Below are positions 21,519 to 31,670 of a DNA stretch of 64,000 nt, one piece after another. Position numbers and translations under genes: made by a program. Each line of letters starts with the position of its first letter. Position 1 is the stretch's first letter. The notes under the pieces were generated by a model that searched no databases, was not told the DNA's origin, and was given only the letters and a program-made list of their open reading frames with translations. This DNA comes from a virus. The DNA lies in IMG/VR virus record IMGVR_UViG_3300037584_002838, positions 1 through 64,000 of that record. One strand, written 5' to 3'.

Positions 21519-21777
21519 TATTTAGCATATTTCTTATTACACCGGCTATTTCACCGGATAGTTTAGTATGTATCGCTTCTCTCATTACATCTTCAAATGT
21601 GTGGCCTACGAAGTTTTCGTTTATTCTTACTTCCCTAACCAAATCAAATCTTTCAATTAGTTTTGACTCCGAATAGATTTCGTTACAAAGTTTATTGATA
21701 GTGTCTTTTAGGTTAGAAATCTCTGTAAAAGTCCAATCTCTAGCAAGGACTTTTTCCTTTATCATTTCTTCATTCAT
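21474..21777 (-). CDS. Hypothetical protein (core of ORF 21403-21819; approximate bounds)
   Basis: Fills the gap between the nuclease and primase genes. Likely start MNEEMIKE; the C-terminus overlaps the primase ORF. Confidence 0.35.
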
Positions 21778-21906
21778 AGATGATTCCCCTTTAATCTTTC
21801 TGGTAAAACCTTTAACCAATTACAAGTATCACAAGCATATCCACCTTGACTTAAAGAATGCCCATAACCTTCTATTTCTTTTTTACATAATTTACATTTC
21901 ATTTAA

Positions 21907-22827
21907 TCACAACCATGTATCAGTTTGTGCGGCATCACAAATACCAAAGAATGAACAATGTGAACAAGTCTTATAGAAAAACTTTGCAGGGAAATGCGAG
22001 TTTTCATAAGACCAAATTAACTTAGCAATATTATTCATTACAGAAGTCATTGTTCTTTTCTTTACATCTTGAGAAAAGACATAATTAGATACAGGATAAT
22101 ACCAACCCCAATGAGTTACTTTCTTTTGAGGGTCTAAGCCATTCTTAATCAATACTTCATCTTCGGCATTTTCAATAAGTAATTGATAGAAAGCCATTTC
22201 CTTTCTCATACTTGTTGCTTTGTAGTCTTTCCACGGCCCCGTTTTGTATTCAAAAGGAATATACCCATCGTTTTCTTCAAAGATTCTATCAATAATACCT
22301 TGAATGTGTATTTTGTAATCTCTCTTTAGAGGAAACTTAGGGTTTGTATCTTTATCAATCACAATTTCTGCATCAAACTTACCTTCATTACAAACAGGTA
22401 GATATTCATGTAGTTTGTTTTCCGCCCTCGCCTCAATAAATCTCTCCGCTTCAAAGGCCGACATTGTGATGTATATGTCTAAGTAATCATCAATAGGATG
22501 AAGGCTTTGACAATACTCATAGATTTCTGTACTGTTCATTGATTCTGCTTTCTTAATATCAAACTCATTAAAAAAGTTCTCTCTAGCATTGTGACAAATA
22601 GTTCCCTTCAGCATTGCGTCTGTTTGGTCTTGAGGAAGTCTTTGTATGTAAGAGAAATCGTACTTTTTAGGACACCAATCAAAAGAACCTAATGAAGATT
22701 TAGTTATTTTCAGTATAGGTTTGCTTGGGTCGTCAAAGTTTTCGGGCTTAAAGTCATAAGTAAAATCTTGCATTGAAGAAATTACCGCATTATATTTTTC
22801 ATCTATATCCATATTACCACCAATCAT
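21907..22827 (-). CDS. Cas4/RecB-like PD-(D/E)xK exonuclease with Fe-S cysteines
   Basis: N-terminal WCP, GIIDR..EYKTG, QxxxY-like EMAFY, and C-terminal CSHCSFFGIC. Confidence 0.85.
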   Translation of the reverse strand: MIGGNMDIDEKYNAVISSMQDFTYDFKPENFDDPSKPILKITKSSLGSFDWCPKKYDFSYIQRLPQDQTDAMLKGTICHNARENFFNEFDIKKAESMNSTEIYEYCQSLHPIDDYLDIYITMSAFEAERFIEARAENKLHEYLPVCNEGKFDAEIVIDKDTNPKFPLKRDYKIHIQGIIDRIFEENDGYIPFEYKTGPWKDYKATSMRKEMAFYQLLIENAEDEVLIKNGLDPQKKVTHWGWYYPVSNYVFSQDVKKRTMTSVMNNIAKLIWSYENSHFPAKFFYKTCSHCSFFGICDAAQTDTWL

Positions 22828-23695
22828 CTAATTTTTTCTGTATTTTACCGGTTCTTATGCTTGACAAATCCCAATCCATAGCCTTGTAAATAGGCTTTGC
22901 CTTCTCTACTACCTGTTCGGCGTAGTGCTTCCAATCGGGTACATAACCCTTGAAATCTGCGTAGGTTGTGCCGGAAACATATTCCGCATTCCTTCTCTCT
23001 CCTGTTAATGGATGAGTATATGTTTTGTGCAAGTGCTTTGCTTTTAGAAACAAATAGGAATCATCAAACTCCACATTAGTATGTTCCCAAGCATAAAGCA
23101 TACCTGCAATACCTTCACCAAGAGAAGGTTTTTTGTTTTCTAAGGTAACAAATAATTTACCTTCTGTTCCACATTTTTTGCACCATTTGATAGGTTCTTT
23201 GATGTGGTGTTTTAATCCGCATTCGGGACATTTAACATTCAAGCGATTGCTTCTTAGTCTTGCCCTTTTGATGATGGATTCAATATCTATTTTACCTTCT
23301 AATACAGAAACATAAGTATCGTGTAGATACTTATTAATTTCTTCTTTAGACTTTTGTTGAACCCACATCTTCAAAGCAGTAGTTTGCACATCTTTTGCTA
23401 ATTTAGTTTCACTAACTCTTTTAGCAGTAAAACCTGTCATAGTGAACTTTTGTTCATCCAGCCACTCTCCATCATCCCATGATACCAAACCAGCATTGCG
23501 ATTTTTTGTAGTACCAACACCTAATGCTGAAAAGTATTTTTCAAACTCCAAAACAACAGGGTGTTCATCTAAATCTAATACATTAGGAAAATGTTCTCTA
23601 ACACTTGCTTCTATTTCTTTGATAGCAGTTTGAGCCTTTTCAACTGAATCAATCTGAACATAGATTGAATCTGTATGCCCATAAACTACTTTCAT
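22814..23695 (-). CDS. polB: Family B DNA polymerase, C-terminal half (motif C plus thumb)
   Basis: YGHTDSIYV (variant of YGDTDS), LEFEK, KNRNAG, an inserted CxxC..CxxC, and C-terminal PIP box QKKLDDWW. Confidence 0.85.
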   Translation of the reverse strand: MKVVYGHTDSIYVQIDSVEKAQTAIKEIEASVREHFPNVLDLDEHPVVLEFEKYFSALGVGTTKNRNAGLVSWDDGEWLDEQKFTMTGFTAKRVSETKLAKDVQTTALKMWVQQKSKEEINKYLHDTYVSVLEGKIDIESIIKRARLRSNRLNVKCPECGLKHHIKEPIKWCKKCGTEGKLFVTLENKKPSLGEGIAGMLYAWEHTNVEFDDSYLFLKAKHLHKTYTHPLTGERRNAEYVSGTTYADFKGYVPDWKHYAEQVVEKAKPIYKAMDWDLSSIRTGKIQKKLDDWW

Positions 23696-23976
23696 ACTCC
23701 ACCCACCTTATCGGGTGCGTATATTAGATTATTGAATGTTAATTCGGGATGCAACTTTTGTAGGTCGCTTTGTAATTCATGCACTGCTTTTGCTACATTG
23801 TATGTTTGCGAATCCTCATTATATTGCCTATCCAACTCTATTTCCAATCTCTCGATTGTATGTTTCAATTCTTCAACCTTCTCATCTAATTCATCTATTC
23901 TATTAGCAAGACCTTCATTTTCCATAGTCAGTCTTTTGATTTCTTCATTTAATTTATCTAAATCATATCTATTCAT
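23692..23976 (-). CDS. Coiled-coil protein between the polB halves
   Basis: 94 aa, heptad-rich, with an ATGA overlap to the polB C-terminal gene. Confidence 0.6.
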   Translation of the reverse strand: MNRYDLDKLNEEIKRLTMENEGLANRIDELDEKVEELKHTIERLEIELDRQYNEDSQTYNVAKAVHELQSDLQKLHPELTFNNLIYAPDKVGGV

Positions 23977-24251
23977 AATATCACCGTTACTATTGTTAGG
24001 ATGGTTGCTATGTTCACGATATTTACCATCATCAATATCCTATTTGATTTTGCTATCATAGCCAGCAATTCTTCTAATAACTCATTCGTCTTGTCCATCA
24101 TCATAATTAGCACCTTGCTCTATGTCTACAATGATAGCGTGACGCTTTAAGTTGTTCATCATTTGAAATAACTCCTTTACTTCTTGTAAGGTAGTTTCCC
24201 AAGTTTCTTCGGTATCATAAGATACCTTGACTGTTACATATTTAGTCATCA

Positions 24252-24452
24252 TTATTTTCTCCCCTTATACAAATTAACATCGCTTCTTTTACCAACTACA
24301 TGATATGTTCTTTTCAGAAATACCCCTATTGCACCGGTGCAGGGTTGTCTTGTTCCATGTTTTTGAATTAGCATTTCACGCATACCACTTGCAGTAAATG
24401 GTTCTTCGCATTCTTCCGCTATTTTCATAATCCATCTATGACTGTGTTTCAA
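24252..24452 (-). CDS. Small putative wHTH protein between the polB halves
   Basis: 66 aa with an FTASGMRE...GAIGVFLKR pattern. Confidence 0.45.
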   Translation of the reverse strand: MKHSHRWIMKIAEECEEPFTASGMREMLIQKHGTRQPCTGAIGVFLKRTYHVVGKRSDVNLYKGRK

Positions 24453-24586
24453 TCAAACACCTCCCTATATCCACAAGAATCACATTGTAATACTCCTTTG
24501 TCATTGACAAACTTAGAGTAAATGTTACTTACTTTTCTATGAGATTCCATTTTTAATTTACCTTTTTTGCATGTTGGACATTTCAT
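24449..24586 (-). CDS. Small zinc-ribbon protein (45 aa, not in ORF track)
   Basis: Manual translation: MKCPTC...LQCDSCGY. GGAGG RBS upstream. Confidence 0.55.
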   Translation of the reverse strand: MKCPTCKKGKLKMESHRKVSNIYSKFVNDKGVLQCDSCGYREVFD

Positions 24587-24693
24587 CTTCTTTTCCTCCT
24601 TTCTATATATCTAATTTTTTTACAACAATTTGCACAAGCATTTTGTATAGGGTGTAATGCACCCACTTCTCTTTGACAAAGACGACATTTCAT
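24583..24693 (-). CDS. Small Cys-rich protein (36 aa, not in ORF track)
   Basis: Manual translation: MKCRLC...ACANCC. ATGA overlaps on both sides. Confidence 0.45.
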   Translation of the reverse strand: MKCRLCQREVGALHPIQNACANCCKKIRYIERRKRR

Positions 24694-26405
24694 ACTTCCA
24701 TCTCCTTTGCTTTGAATGCGGCTAATCTAATTGCTTCTCTAGCACTAGCAGTAATAGAAGCCGCTAATTTAGGATTAGCCCAACTAAAGCCGGTATATCC
24801 GATAATACCATAAAAAGACGCAGATAGCCTCTTTACCGCCATTTGGTTATTATACCATTTTCTAAACTCATCTTCAGTTTTAGCATTCTTCATATTTCTC
24901 TTGTAAGAGTTTCTTAACTCCTTTAATTCTAATACTGCTCTTGGCAAAACGCCTAATTTATCAGTCTTGAAATAAACCATATCTTCTGCCACAGGCTCGC
25001 TGAAATCTCTTGGTGTTAAGATATTTACTGCAAACTCTGTTGGTTTGTCTGAAATAGTTTCCCAACTAATATTTCTTGCAATCATCATTGAAGGATATAG
25101 ACCAGCAAAATCAAAAGCGGCTACATTAAGATGTAGGCCGTTTGTATCTTCACTTAATGGGTCATAAATCATAGCCCCTTGATATGGTTGCTTCTTCTCA
25201 TTTTTGTTTCCTGTTGGTGCTTTCCAATAGGCATTTCTCATAAAGTAAATACTACCCATATGTGAAGCATAGAAACAAGCATCAAATGGTGCTTTCAATA
25301 ATCTTTGTAGTGCTATAATTGCTTCACTACAATAATTAGTTTCATCTATTTCAACAATCAATTCTACATCTTTTAGAGCATACTGCAAATAAGTTTCAGT
25401 ATCTTCTAACCAACCCCTACGGTAAAACTCGTTAGGGTCAGGAAACTTTTCTGAAACTAACTTCTTCTTGTTAAGCAAAGATTCAGATACATAATCCAAA
25501 GATAGAGAAGGTAATGTTCCTCTTTGCGAGTCATTCCATTGTCTTTCAAAAGCCATGTCTAATGAGAGGGTTATGCGACCCCCTATGGGCTGTTCTATTG
25601 GCGAGAATCCTTTTTCACCTCTATTGTATTTGTAGCCATTCTTGGTCTTTTTTAGACCATCTACACGGTTAATCGGTGACATTCTATTAGGGTTAATTCC
25701 TAAAGCACAACACCTTTCAAGCAATTTAGGTATATCAGCAAAGTTACCGAACCAAGCAATTAGCATATCGGGGTCTTTGTCTATCATAGTTAGTAGGAAA
25801 GACTGAATCATTTCTTTTTCAGAATTAAAAACAGACATATGAGCGACTTCTTTTGTAGACATCTTAAATCCATTATACGGTTCTTGATTAGGAAACCAAA
25901 CCCATTGATGGTATTCTTCATCATAATTATCATACATTACAATAGTAGTAATCTTATCATGGTGTTCTCCGCCTTGTTGCCATTCCATATCCCAATACCA
26001 TTTACGCATTTTATATTCTGGCATTTCGTGTATTTCATCTACTGCGTATCTGAATGTATATGGTACATCAGCCTCATAAGTCTTAGAAAACTTAGATTTT
26101 GCTTTTCTAATATCAAAGGAGTTTTCAACATAAACCTTCTTCAATCGTTCACCATCTATATTTACCCAATCACCCGTTTCATACTCAAACTCACGCTCAA
26201 TGTATTTGTTAGGTGCATAGGTACGATGTTCAGTTTCATTGTTATTAATAAAAAAGTATGGCTTGAAAGAATATAAATCATACTTCTTTTCACCATTCTC
26301 TCTCCATGATTTGTATATGTGTTTGCCATCTAAACATCTACTGATTATCAACTCAATCTCCCCTTGTATAAGGTGCCTTAACTGCCATCTTAGAATGACC
26401 CACAA
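24690..26405 (-). CDS. polB: Family B DNA polymerase, N-terminal half (3'-5' exonuclease, motifs A and B); true start probably near 26350
   Basis: WDME exonuclease motif I, YALKD, motif A DFAGLYPS and motif B KRLSASFYG. Ends before motif C. Confidence 0.9.
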   Translation of the reverse strand: MWVILRWQLRHLIQGEIELIISRCLDGKHIYKSWRENGEKKYDLYSFKPYFFINNNETEHRTYAPNKYIEREFEYETGDWVNIDGERLKKVYVENSFDIRKAKSKFSKTYEADVPYTFRYAVDEIHEMPEYKMRKWYWDMEWQQGGEHHDKITTIVMYDNYDEEYHQWVWFPNQEPYNGFKMSTKEVAHMSVFNSEKEMIQSFLLTMIDKDPDMLIAWFGNFADIPKLLERCCALGINPNRMSPINRVDGLKKTKNGYKYNRGEKGFSPIEQPIGGRITLSLDMAFERQWNDSQRGTLPSLSLDYVSESLLNKKKLVSEKFPDPNEFYRRGWLEDTETYLQYALKDVELIVEIDETNYCSEAIIALQRLLKAPFDACFYASHMGSIYFMRNAYWKAPTGNKNEKKQPYQGAMIYDPLSEDTNGLHLNVAAFDFAGLYPSMMIARNISWETISDKPTEFAVNILTPRDFSEPVAEDMVYFKTDKLGVLPRAVLELKELRNSYKRNMKNAKTEDEFRKWYNNQMAVKRLSASFYGIIGYTGFSWANPKLAASITASAREAIRLAAFKAKEMEV

Positions 26406-27153
26406 TCAATAGCGGAAAATCATCCTTAACATAGAAATTAATCAAAGGCTGGTCTTTGAAAAACTTATGAAGTGGCCCACTATATTGTAATGTAGCAGGT
26501 TCTCCTAAGCCATGAATAGGCCTAATTGATTGACAAAAACTGTTAGCAGTACCGTTATTACTATCAATTTGTAATGCACATTGAAGTCCCTTTTCTTCAT
26601 CCGGCGGGAAATAATCTAAAAGATAAACTCCACTCTTGACTAATTCACAACCACTAATTGCATCATCGAATACTTCTGATGTTAGTTGAAAAGCCCCTTC
26701 AAAGGGCTTAGAACCAAAATCGGGAATTGTTCGAGGAACAGTTTCAAACTCTATGTCTTTAATCATCTGCCTAATTCTTGTTATTGCGTCAAAGTTAGGA
26801 TGCTGAACCGCCGCAGGTATAGTAGCGGTTTTATGACCGCTACCAACATGCAAACAATCTTCATACGCTACTGTTATTGAATCATCACTAAACTTCTTTA
26901 GATAAGGTACGATAGTTTCTGCACTACCTGTAAATGAACCATCACGAAGTCCTTCTACTTCAAGACTTAATTTAAGTCCACAGGTAGTATCTCCATTCCA
27001 TAGTGTTAGGTTATTACCTACTAATTCCATATAGACATACGGGGTAAGTTTAGAATTGGAAAATCCTTTATCTCCCAAATACATACCTTTACCCTGTATG
27101 TCCTCTAATGCTTTTGTCAATACCTTTGGTGCTACATTAAAAACCATATTCAT
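26353..27153 (-). CDS. pcn: PCNA-like sliding clamp
   Basis: 266 aa next to polB. C-terminal DDFPLLI...VKAP resembles clamp ends. RFC subunits and PIP boxes are present in the window. Confidence 0.65.
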   Translation of the reverse strand: MNMVFNVAPKVLTKALEDIQGKGMYLGDKGFSNSKLTPYVYMELVGNNLTLWNGDTTCGLKLSLEVEGLRDGSFTGSAETIVPYLKKFSDDSITVAYEDCLHVGSGHKTATIPAAVQHPNFDAITRIRQMIKDIEFETVPRTIPDFGSKPFEGAFQLTSEVFDDAISGCELVKSGVYLLDYFPPDEEKGLQCALQIDSNNGTANSFCQSIRPIHGLGEPATLQYSGPLHKFFKDQPLINFYVKDDFPLLIVGHSKMAVKAPYTRGD

Positions 27154-27968
27154 ATTGTTCCCTCTCTTAATTCTTTAATACCATTCCAAGTAATGTTAGG
27201 TGGCGTACCTTGTCTAACAGTCCAAATTGTGCCGACTAAATTACCATTAGTGCGACTACCGACTAATTCAGCCAAATAGTGCATCTCACCTTTTACCTTC
27301 TTTCTTGAACAGTGTATCTCCTGTTCCAATTTACCGCCCCAATCTTTCCAATTGGCAATCATACCAACAGGAGAACCGTCTTGATACTTTTCTGTTTCAT
27401 GAGTAATATAAATTACATCACAATCAAGAAGGTATATTGAATCCAATAGGTGATAGAAAGTCTTGTTCCTTGCACCATATTGATACGGCATAACCTTTGT
27501 AACTAAAGTCGGGTTAGGATTAATTTTTAGAATACAAGAGTCGAGCCAAGTATCAACGCCATCCAGCACAAATACAGGCTTTTCTCCTTCTTCAATCTTA
27601 GACCTAACATACTTGATAAACATATGTGAATTATCTTCGCTCTTTGTTATATCAATTACATTGTCTTTATTCATTTCAATAGGACAATACACTTGTATTC
27701 GCTCAGCCGCTTCGTGATGTTCACGCCATGTTGATTCAACACCCTTATCCCAATCTAAAACATAAATTGGTCTATCGGGGAAATCCAAAGCGATACCTGT
27801 CTTTCCTGTTTTTGGATGGCCCCAAACACCTAACACCAATCTTGAATTAACTTGCTTCCGCTTTTCAGCCATTATCTGCTGAAACTTATTGTTAAAATCT
27901 TCTTGTGCTTTACCAAAACTCACACTATTTGCTTGTCCTTGCTTACTCGTCAAACTCATTTTCTTCAC
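27150..27968 (-). CDS. RecA-fold ATPase (AAA_24/Sak4-like)
   Basis: Walker A GHPKTGKT, Walker B FVLDG and YITHE. Confidence 0.7.
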   Translation of the reverse strand: MKKMSLTSKQGQANSVSFGKAQEDFNNKFQQIMAEKRKQVNSRLVLGVWGHPKTGKTGIALDFPDRPIYVLDWDKGVESTWREHHEAAERIQVYCPIEMNKDNVIDITKSEDNSHMFIKYVRSKIEEGEKPVFVLDGVDTWLDSCILKINPNPTLVTKVMPYQYGARNKTFYHLLDSIYLLDCDVIYITHETEKYQDGSPVGMIANWKDWGGKLEQEIHCSRKKVKGEMHYLAELVGSRTNGNLVGTIWTVRQGTPPNITWNGIKELREGTI

Positions 27969-28209
27969 CTAATTCTTCTATTGCTATTTCTATTTTATTT
28001 CCATGAACCCTTGTCCATTCTTCTACTATCATTTTTAATTCTTCAAGTGAACACACATATCTTGCTTCCTTAGAACCAATGTGCATCTTCAACCAATATG
28101 TCCCATATTCAGTTGCATTTTCTTTCCAAGTCAGAAAGTCTACATTGATTAAATCAACAATGTAACTTCCTCCCTTTAGTAAAAATCTATTTTCTATAAT
28201 TCCATTCAT
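27943..28209 (-). CDS. Hypothetical protein
   Basis: 88 aa ORF with RBS. Confidence 0.55.
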   Translation of the reverse strand: MNGIIENRFLLKGGSYIVDLINVDFLTWKENATEYGTYWLKMHIGSKEARYVCSLEELKMIVEEWTRVHGNKIEIAIEELGEENEFDE

Positions 28210-28404
28210 CTTTATTCCTCTTAAATCTAATTAGGGCTTTGCACCCATTTGAATGTCAATCTCTCCACAAGTCACATTTACCTTGTATGTAGTAAATCCC
28301 TACATGAAATCTGTAATGTCGCCAACACATCATACCCCAAAACAAACTTCTCCCGTTCCAAAAGAGAAACGACATTTCTAGGGGGGATTTACAGGAGTTT
28401 CATT

Positions 28405-29619
28405 TCAAAACCAATCGAAATCTTCTTCAATTGGCTGAGATACTTCAACCGGTGAACCACGCTTTTCAGTAACATAAAGTCCTGAAACATTAATGGTTAC
28501 AGGTTCCGGCCCTTCATCAGTAATACGCTGAGAAGTCCTACCAACTACAATTACTTGAGAACCTATTCCAAAGTCTAATTCAACATTAGATGGAACCCAA
28601 CAAGTAGTCATGTTCGTATCATTGTCATAATCAAACTCTGCATTCAAATCAGTAATGTTCAGAATACGATTACCATTCTTAGTCGGCATCATATTCATAT
28701 TACAAACTGTTCCATCTGTGACAATAAACCTTTCTGAATTAGGAAGTGTTTGCCTCATAATATGTGCCCTGTCAATTTCAACAAGTGGCACTAAATGGTT
28801 GCCGAAGTTATTAGCAAGACATTCTTCAAAGTCATAATTATCCATGTTTCTATAATCAGAATTATCTGGATTTAATTCAGCATTTCTAATTAAAGTAGAC
28901 TTAGTTACATCAGTCATACCATAGATATTATTGCCATCCTCACTTGGAATACCTCTAAAGTGAACAAAGTCATAAGTATCGGGAGTAAAGTCTACTCCGC
29001 CTTGATTCTTATATGAGAAGTTATACTTCTTCATTTCTCCACCTTCGACACTACCAAAGAATACACCGCTTCTTCTGAATTGTTGCAAAGGAAGTGGCTT
29101 ACCAAAGTTACGGTTTTCACCGCCATTTTGGTATCTTTCTGTGCTATCCAAAGGAATAACCCATACTCCATCATCCATTTCTTCAGCAGTAACAGGTCTT
29201 TCTGTTACTTGCTTTTGTTGCATTTCACCCTTGTAGTAACGGGTAATTTGCCAACCGGTAGCATTCTCTTCAGCATTAGCAATAATTCCTTCTTGCAAAG
29301 CATTATCAGCATCTCTGTAATACTCTTCTTTGGCCTTATTTCTATTCCAAGACATCATATCTCTTGGTTCTTCTAAAGATACAAAGAACCCAAATACCGG
29401 CTTTACAAGTGAATTACTTCCACTTGAACCACTTGCATTTGGCTTGTTGGTTCTTCTGACTTGTGCAACATAGTTACGCCAAAGCCCCTTAGCCAATGGG
29501 TCATTTGTTTCTATACCATTTTCAGCACAAATATCATTAAACTTAGCAGTTGCATCTTCAACGCTCATATTGATATATTGTGCAGATTTCTCTATTTCAT
29601 TTTTCATTTCTTCGTTCAT
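28405..29619 (-). CDS. RPA-like OB-fold single-stranded DNA-binding protein
   Basis: C-terminal OB-like segment (DFGIGSQVIVVGR...INVSGLY) and acidic-aromatic tail EEDFDWF, in replication context. Confidence 0.6.
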   Translation of the reverse strand: MNEEMKNEIEKSAQYINMSVEDATAKFNDICAENGIETNDPLAKGLWRNYVAQVRRTNKPNASGSSGSNSLVKPVFGFFVSLEEPRDMMSWNRNKAKEEYYRDADNALQEGIIANAEENATGWQITRYYKGEMQQKQVTERPVTAEEMDDGVWVIPLDSTERYQNGGENRNFGKPLPLQQFRRSGVFFGSVEGGEMKKYNFSYKNQGGVDFTPDTYDFVHFRGIPSEDGNNIYGMTDVTKSTLIRNAELNPDNSDYRNMDNYDFEECLANNFGNHLVPLVEIDRAHIMRQTLPNSERFIVTDGTVCNMNMMPTKNGNRILNITDLNAEFDYDNDTNMTTCWVPSNVELDFGIGSQVIVVGRTSQRITDEGPEPVTINVSGLYVTEKRGSPVEVSQPIEEDFDWF

Positions 29620-29643
29620 ATTTTTCCCTCTTTATATTTTTTC

Positions 29644-30564
29644 TTAAATTAATTGACCTACCATCCAAGATAGTAATACCTTTGGTGTCATGGTAGTGGA
29701 ACGCCATTCGCTTTCTCCTATTGTTCTTAGTAGTTTGAATTTCAACAGATTATCTAATCCTTCTGAATTAATTACTGCATTGTGAAGTCCTAAACAAATC
29801 TCCTTTACATTACGACCTTCATAAATTAAATTATGAAGTTGGTTAAGAGATTCATTTGGTTTTTTATCTAGTATTAGCATTAGTATTTTATTATATTCTT
29901 GTAGTGACGATTCTATTTGTTTTGATAGTGAATACCCCGATGATTTAGCGGCCTGTATTTCCGTAATCGCTCTACGCATATCACCGTCTAATGAATATAT
30001 AAGCCGAGTCAAGTCCTCATCACTGAAAACTTCAACCTTTTCATTATGAAGTATTTCCTTGATTACATCTAAGATAACTTCATTTGAAAGTGGCTTGAAA
30101 TGATAGTTAGCACACCGGCTTTGTAGTGGATGGATAATCTTACTCTTATCATTACAAGTAATGATAAATCGTATATTGCTTGAATATCTTTCCATAATTC
30201 TTTTCAGTGCGTTCTGTGCATCCTTCGTCATACCATCCATTTCATCTAACAGACATATTCTAAACGGTACATCTCCTATCGTGCCGCTTTGTGCTACGGT
30301 TTTAATTGTAGTTCGTATCACTTCTAATCGTCTATCATCAGAAGCATTTACTTCTACAAAATTATCCTTAGCACCTTCACCAAGAATACTTCTTGCTAAC
30401 GCTAAACCTGCGCCTGTTTTACCTGTACCGGCATTACCATAAAGCAATACATTAGGCATATTTTTTTCTTCTACCCAAACTTCCGCATCCATTACAAAGG
30501 CTTCTTGCCCCTTAATATCCCGCAGTGTTTTAGGTCTATATTTTTCAGTCCATAACATTTCCAT
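29644..30564 (-). CDS. rfcS: Replication factor C small subunit (clamp loader)
   Basis: WTEKYRP, GNAGTGKT, NASDDR, LDEMD and SRC motifs. Confidence 0.95.
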   Translation of the reverse strand: MEMLWTEKYRPKTLRDIKGQEAFVMDAEVWVEEKNMPNVLLYGNAGTGKTGAGLALARSILGEGAKDNFVEVNASDDRRLEVIRTTIKTVAQSGTIGDVPFRICLLDEMDGMTKDAQNALKRIMERYSSNIRFIITCNDKSKIIHPLQSRCANYHFKPLSNEVILDVIKEILHNEKVEVFSDEDLTRLIYSLDGDMRRAITEIQAAKSSGYSLSKQIESSLQEYNKILMLILDKKPNESLNQLHNLIYEGRNVKEICLGLHNAVINSEGLDNLLKFKLLRTIGESEWRSTTMTPKVLLSWMVGQLI

Positions 30565-30832
30565 TTCTCCTTATTTTTCTATTTTTATTTGCACGAATCT
30601 TTCTATCTTCGGTATTCCATGCAGTAATTATATCAAAAAATTGTTGATATAATTCAGCATCTATTAGATTTTGCATTATGATAAATCTTGATTCAGATAT
30701 ATCATTCTCCCAGAACTTCATTGACATGAAGTTTTTTGTTCTTGTTGTAGACATGCAAATATCTTTCGTTTTTGCCAATTCAATATCAAACAACTCTATT
30801 AACATTCTTTGTGTATCAATCATAATAATCAC
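30545..30832 (-). CDS. Hypothetical protein
   Basis: 95 aa between the RFC genes. Confidence 0.5.
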   Translation of the reverse strand: MIIMIDTQRMLIELFDIELAKTKDICMSTTRTKNFMSMKFWENDISESRFIIMQNLIDAELYQQFFDIITAWNTEDRKIRANKNRKIRRNGNVMD

Positions 30833-31670
30833 TCAACATATTTATTTTTACTTTAATCGGTTCTGTTTTCTTTCTACGCTTCTTTTCGCCTAACATTAAA
30901 ATCCTACAATCAGAATTATTGTATTTGGTTTTGGCGTATTTTACAAACTTATCATCTTGCTTTAACTGAAGGAAGATTCTTTTGTCTGCGTTTCTAATAC
31001 CTATTCTTCTAAGAAGGCTCGGTATTTTAGAATAAGAACCACGCTTCGGCATATTTACTCTACCACGAACATTACCGCTATGACAATACGCAAGTAATTC
31101 ATAGAAGTAATCTTGACTCCATCTTCGCTTAACAACGCCATCAATAAATAGAATCTTATTCGGGTGAATGTTTTCAGCAATCCATGAGAGTATTTGTGTA
31201 TCTGATGGTTTGTTATGCTTCAATAATTCAGAAACTAATTCTCTATCAGTTTCCTTTAGGAACATACTAACTAATGAATAGGTATCTTTGTCTAAGGAAA
31301 ATGGTTCAGCACTATGCGGTGCTATTTCCCTAATAGACTCAAAGAGATAGTTATGAGAACCGGCTCTTTTAATCTGACACATATTCTTGATTTGCTTAGG
31401 AACATCTTTCTCATTCAAAGAAGTAAGAATGATGTCACCCTTGTATCTTCTGATAACATTCAAAATAGAATCTGTCTTTGCTTTATACTGAACATCTTCT
31501 ATTATGATACCATCCTCTTTGGGATGAGAACCTAAATCCTGTATGTTCATTTCATCAGCATACACTACCAAAGCATTAGGTAATATTTCTTTTGCCTTTG
31601 TTGTTTTTCCGGTTCCTGTTTTTCCTGTTATTAGTATTGGTCTTTTTTTATTCAAATTAGTCATTCCCAT
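30816..31670 (-). CDS. RFC large-subunit-like AAA+ protein (reduced)
   Basis: GKTGTGKT, IIIEDV, WIAEN, and C-terminal PIP-like NMLSDYY. Confidence 0.65.
   Translation of the reverse strand: MGMTNLNKKRPILITGKTGTGKTTKAKEILPNALVVYADEMNIQDLGSHPKEDGIIIEDVQYKAKTDSILNVIRRYKGDIILTSLNEKDVPKQIKNMCQIKRAGSHNYLFESIREIAPHSAEPFSLDKDTYSLVSMFLKETDRELVSELLKHNKPSDTQILSWIAENIHPNKILFIDGVVKRRWSQDYFYELLAYCHSGNVRGRVNMPKRGSYSKIPSLLRRIGIRNADKRIFLQLKQDDKFVKYAKTKYNNSDCRILMLGEKKRRKKTEPIKVKINMLSDYYD

Noticed and set aside
21907-22827. Cas4-like gene as part of a CRISPR-Cas system
   Set aside because: No other cas genes or array are present. Solo Cas4-like nucleases beside PolB and primase are common in archaeal viruses.
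23692-24693. Intron or split intein interrupting polB
   Set aside because: No intein terminal residues (C/S start, HN end) or recognisable intron core. The gap is filled by coupled small ORFs.
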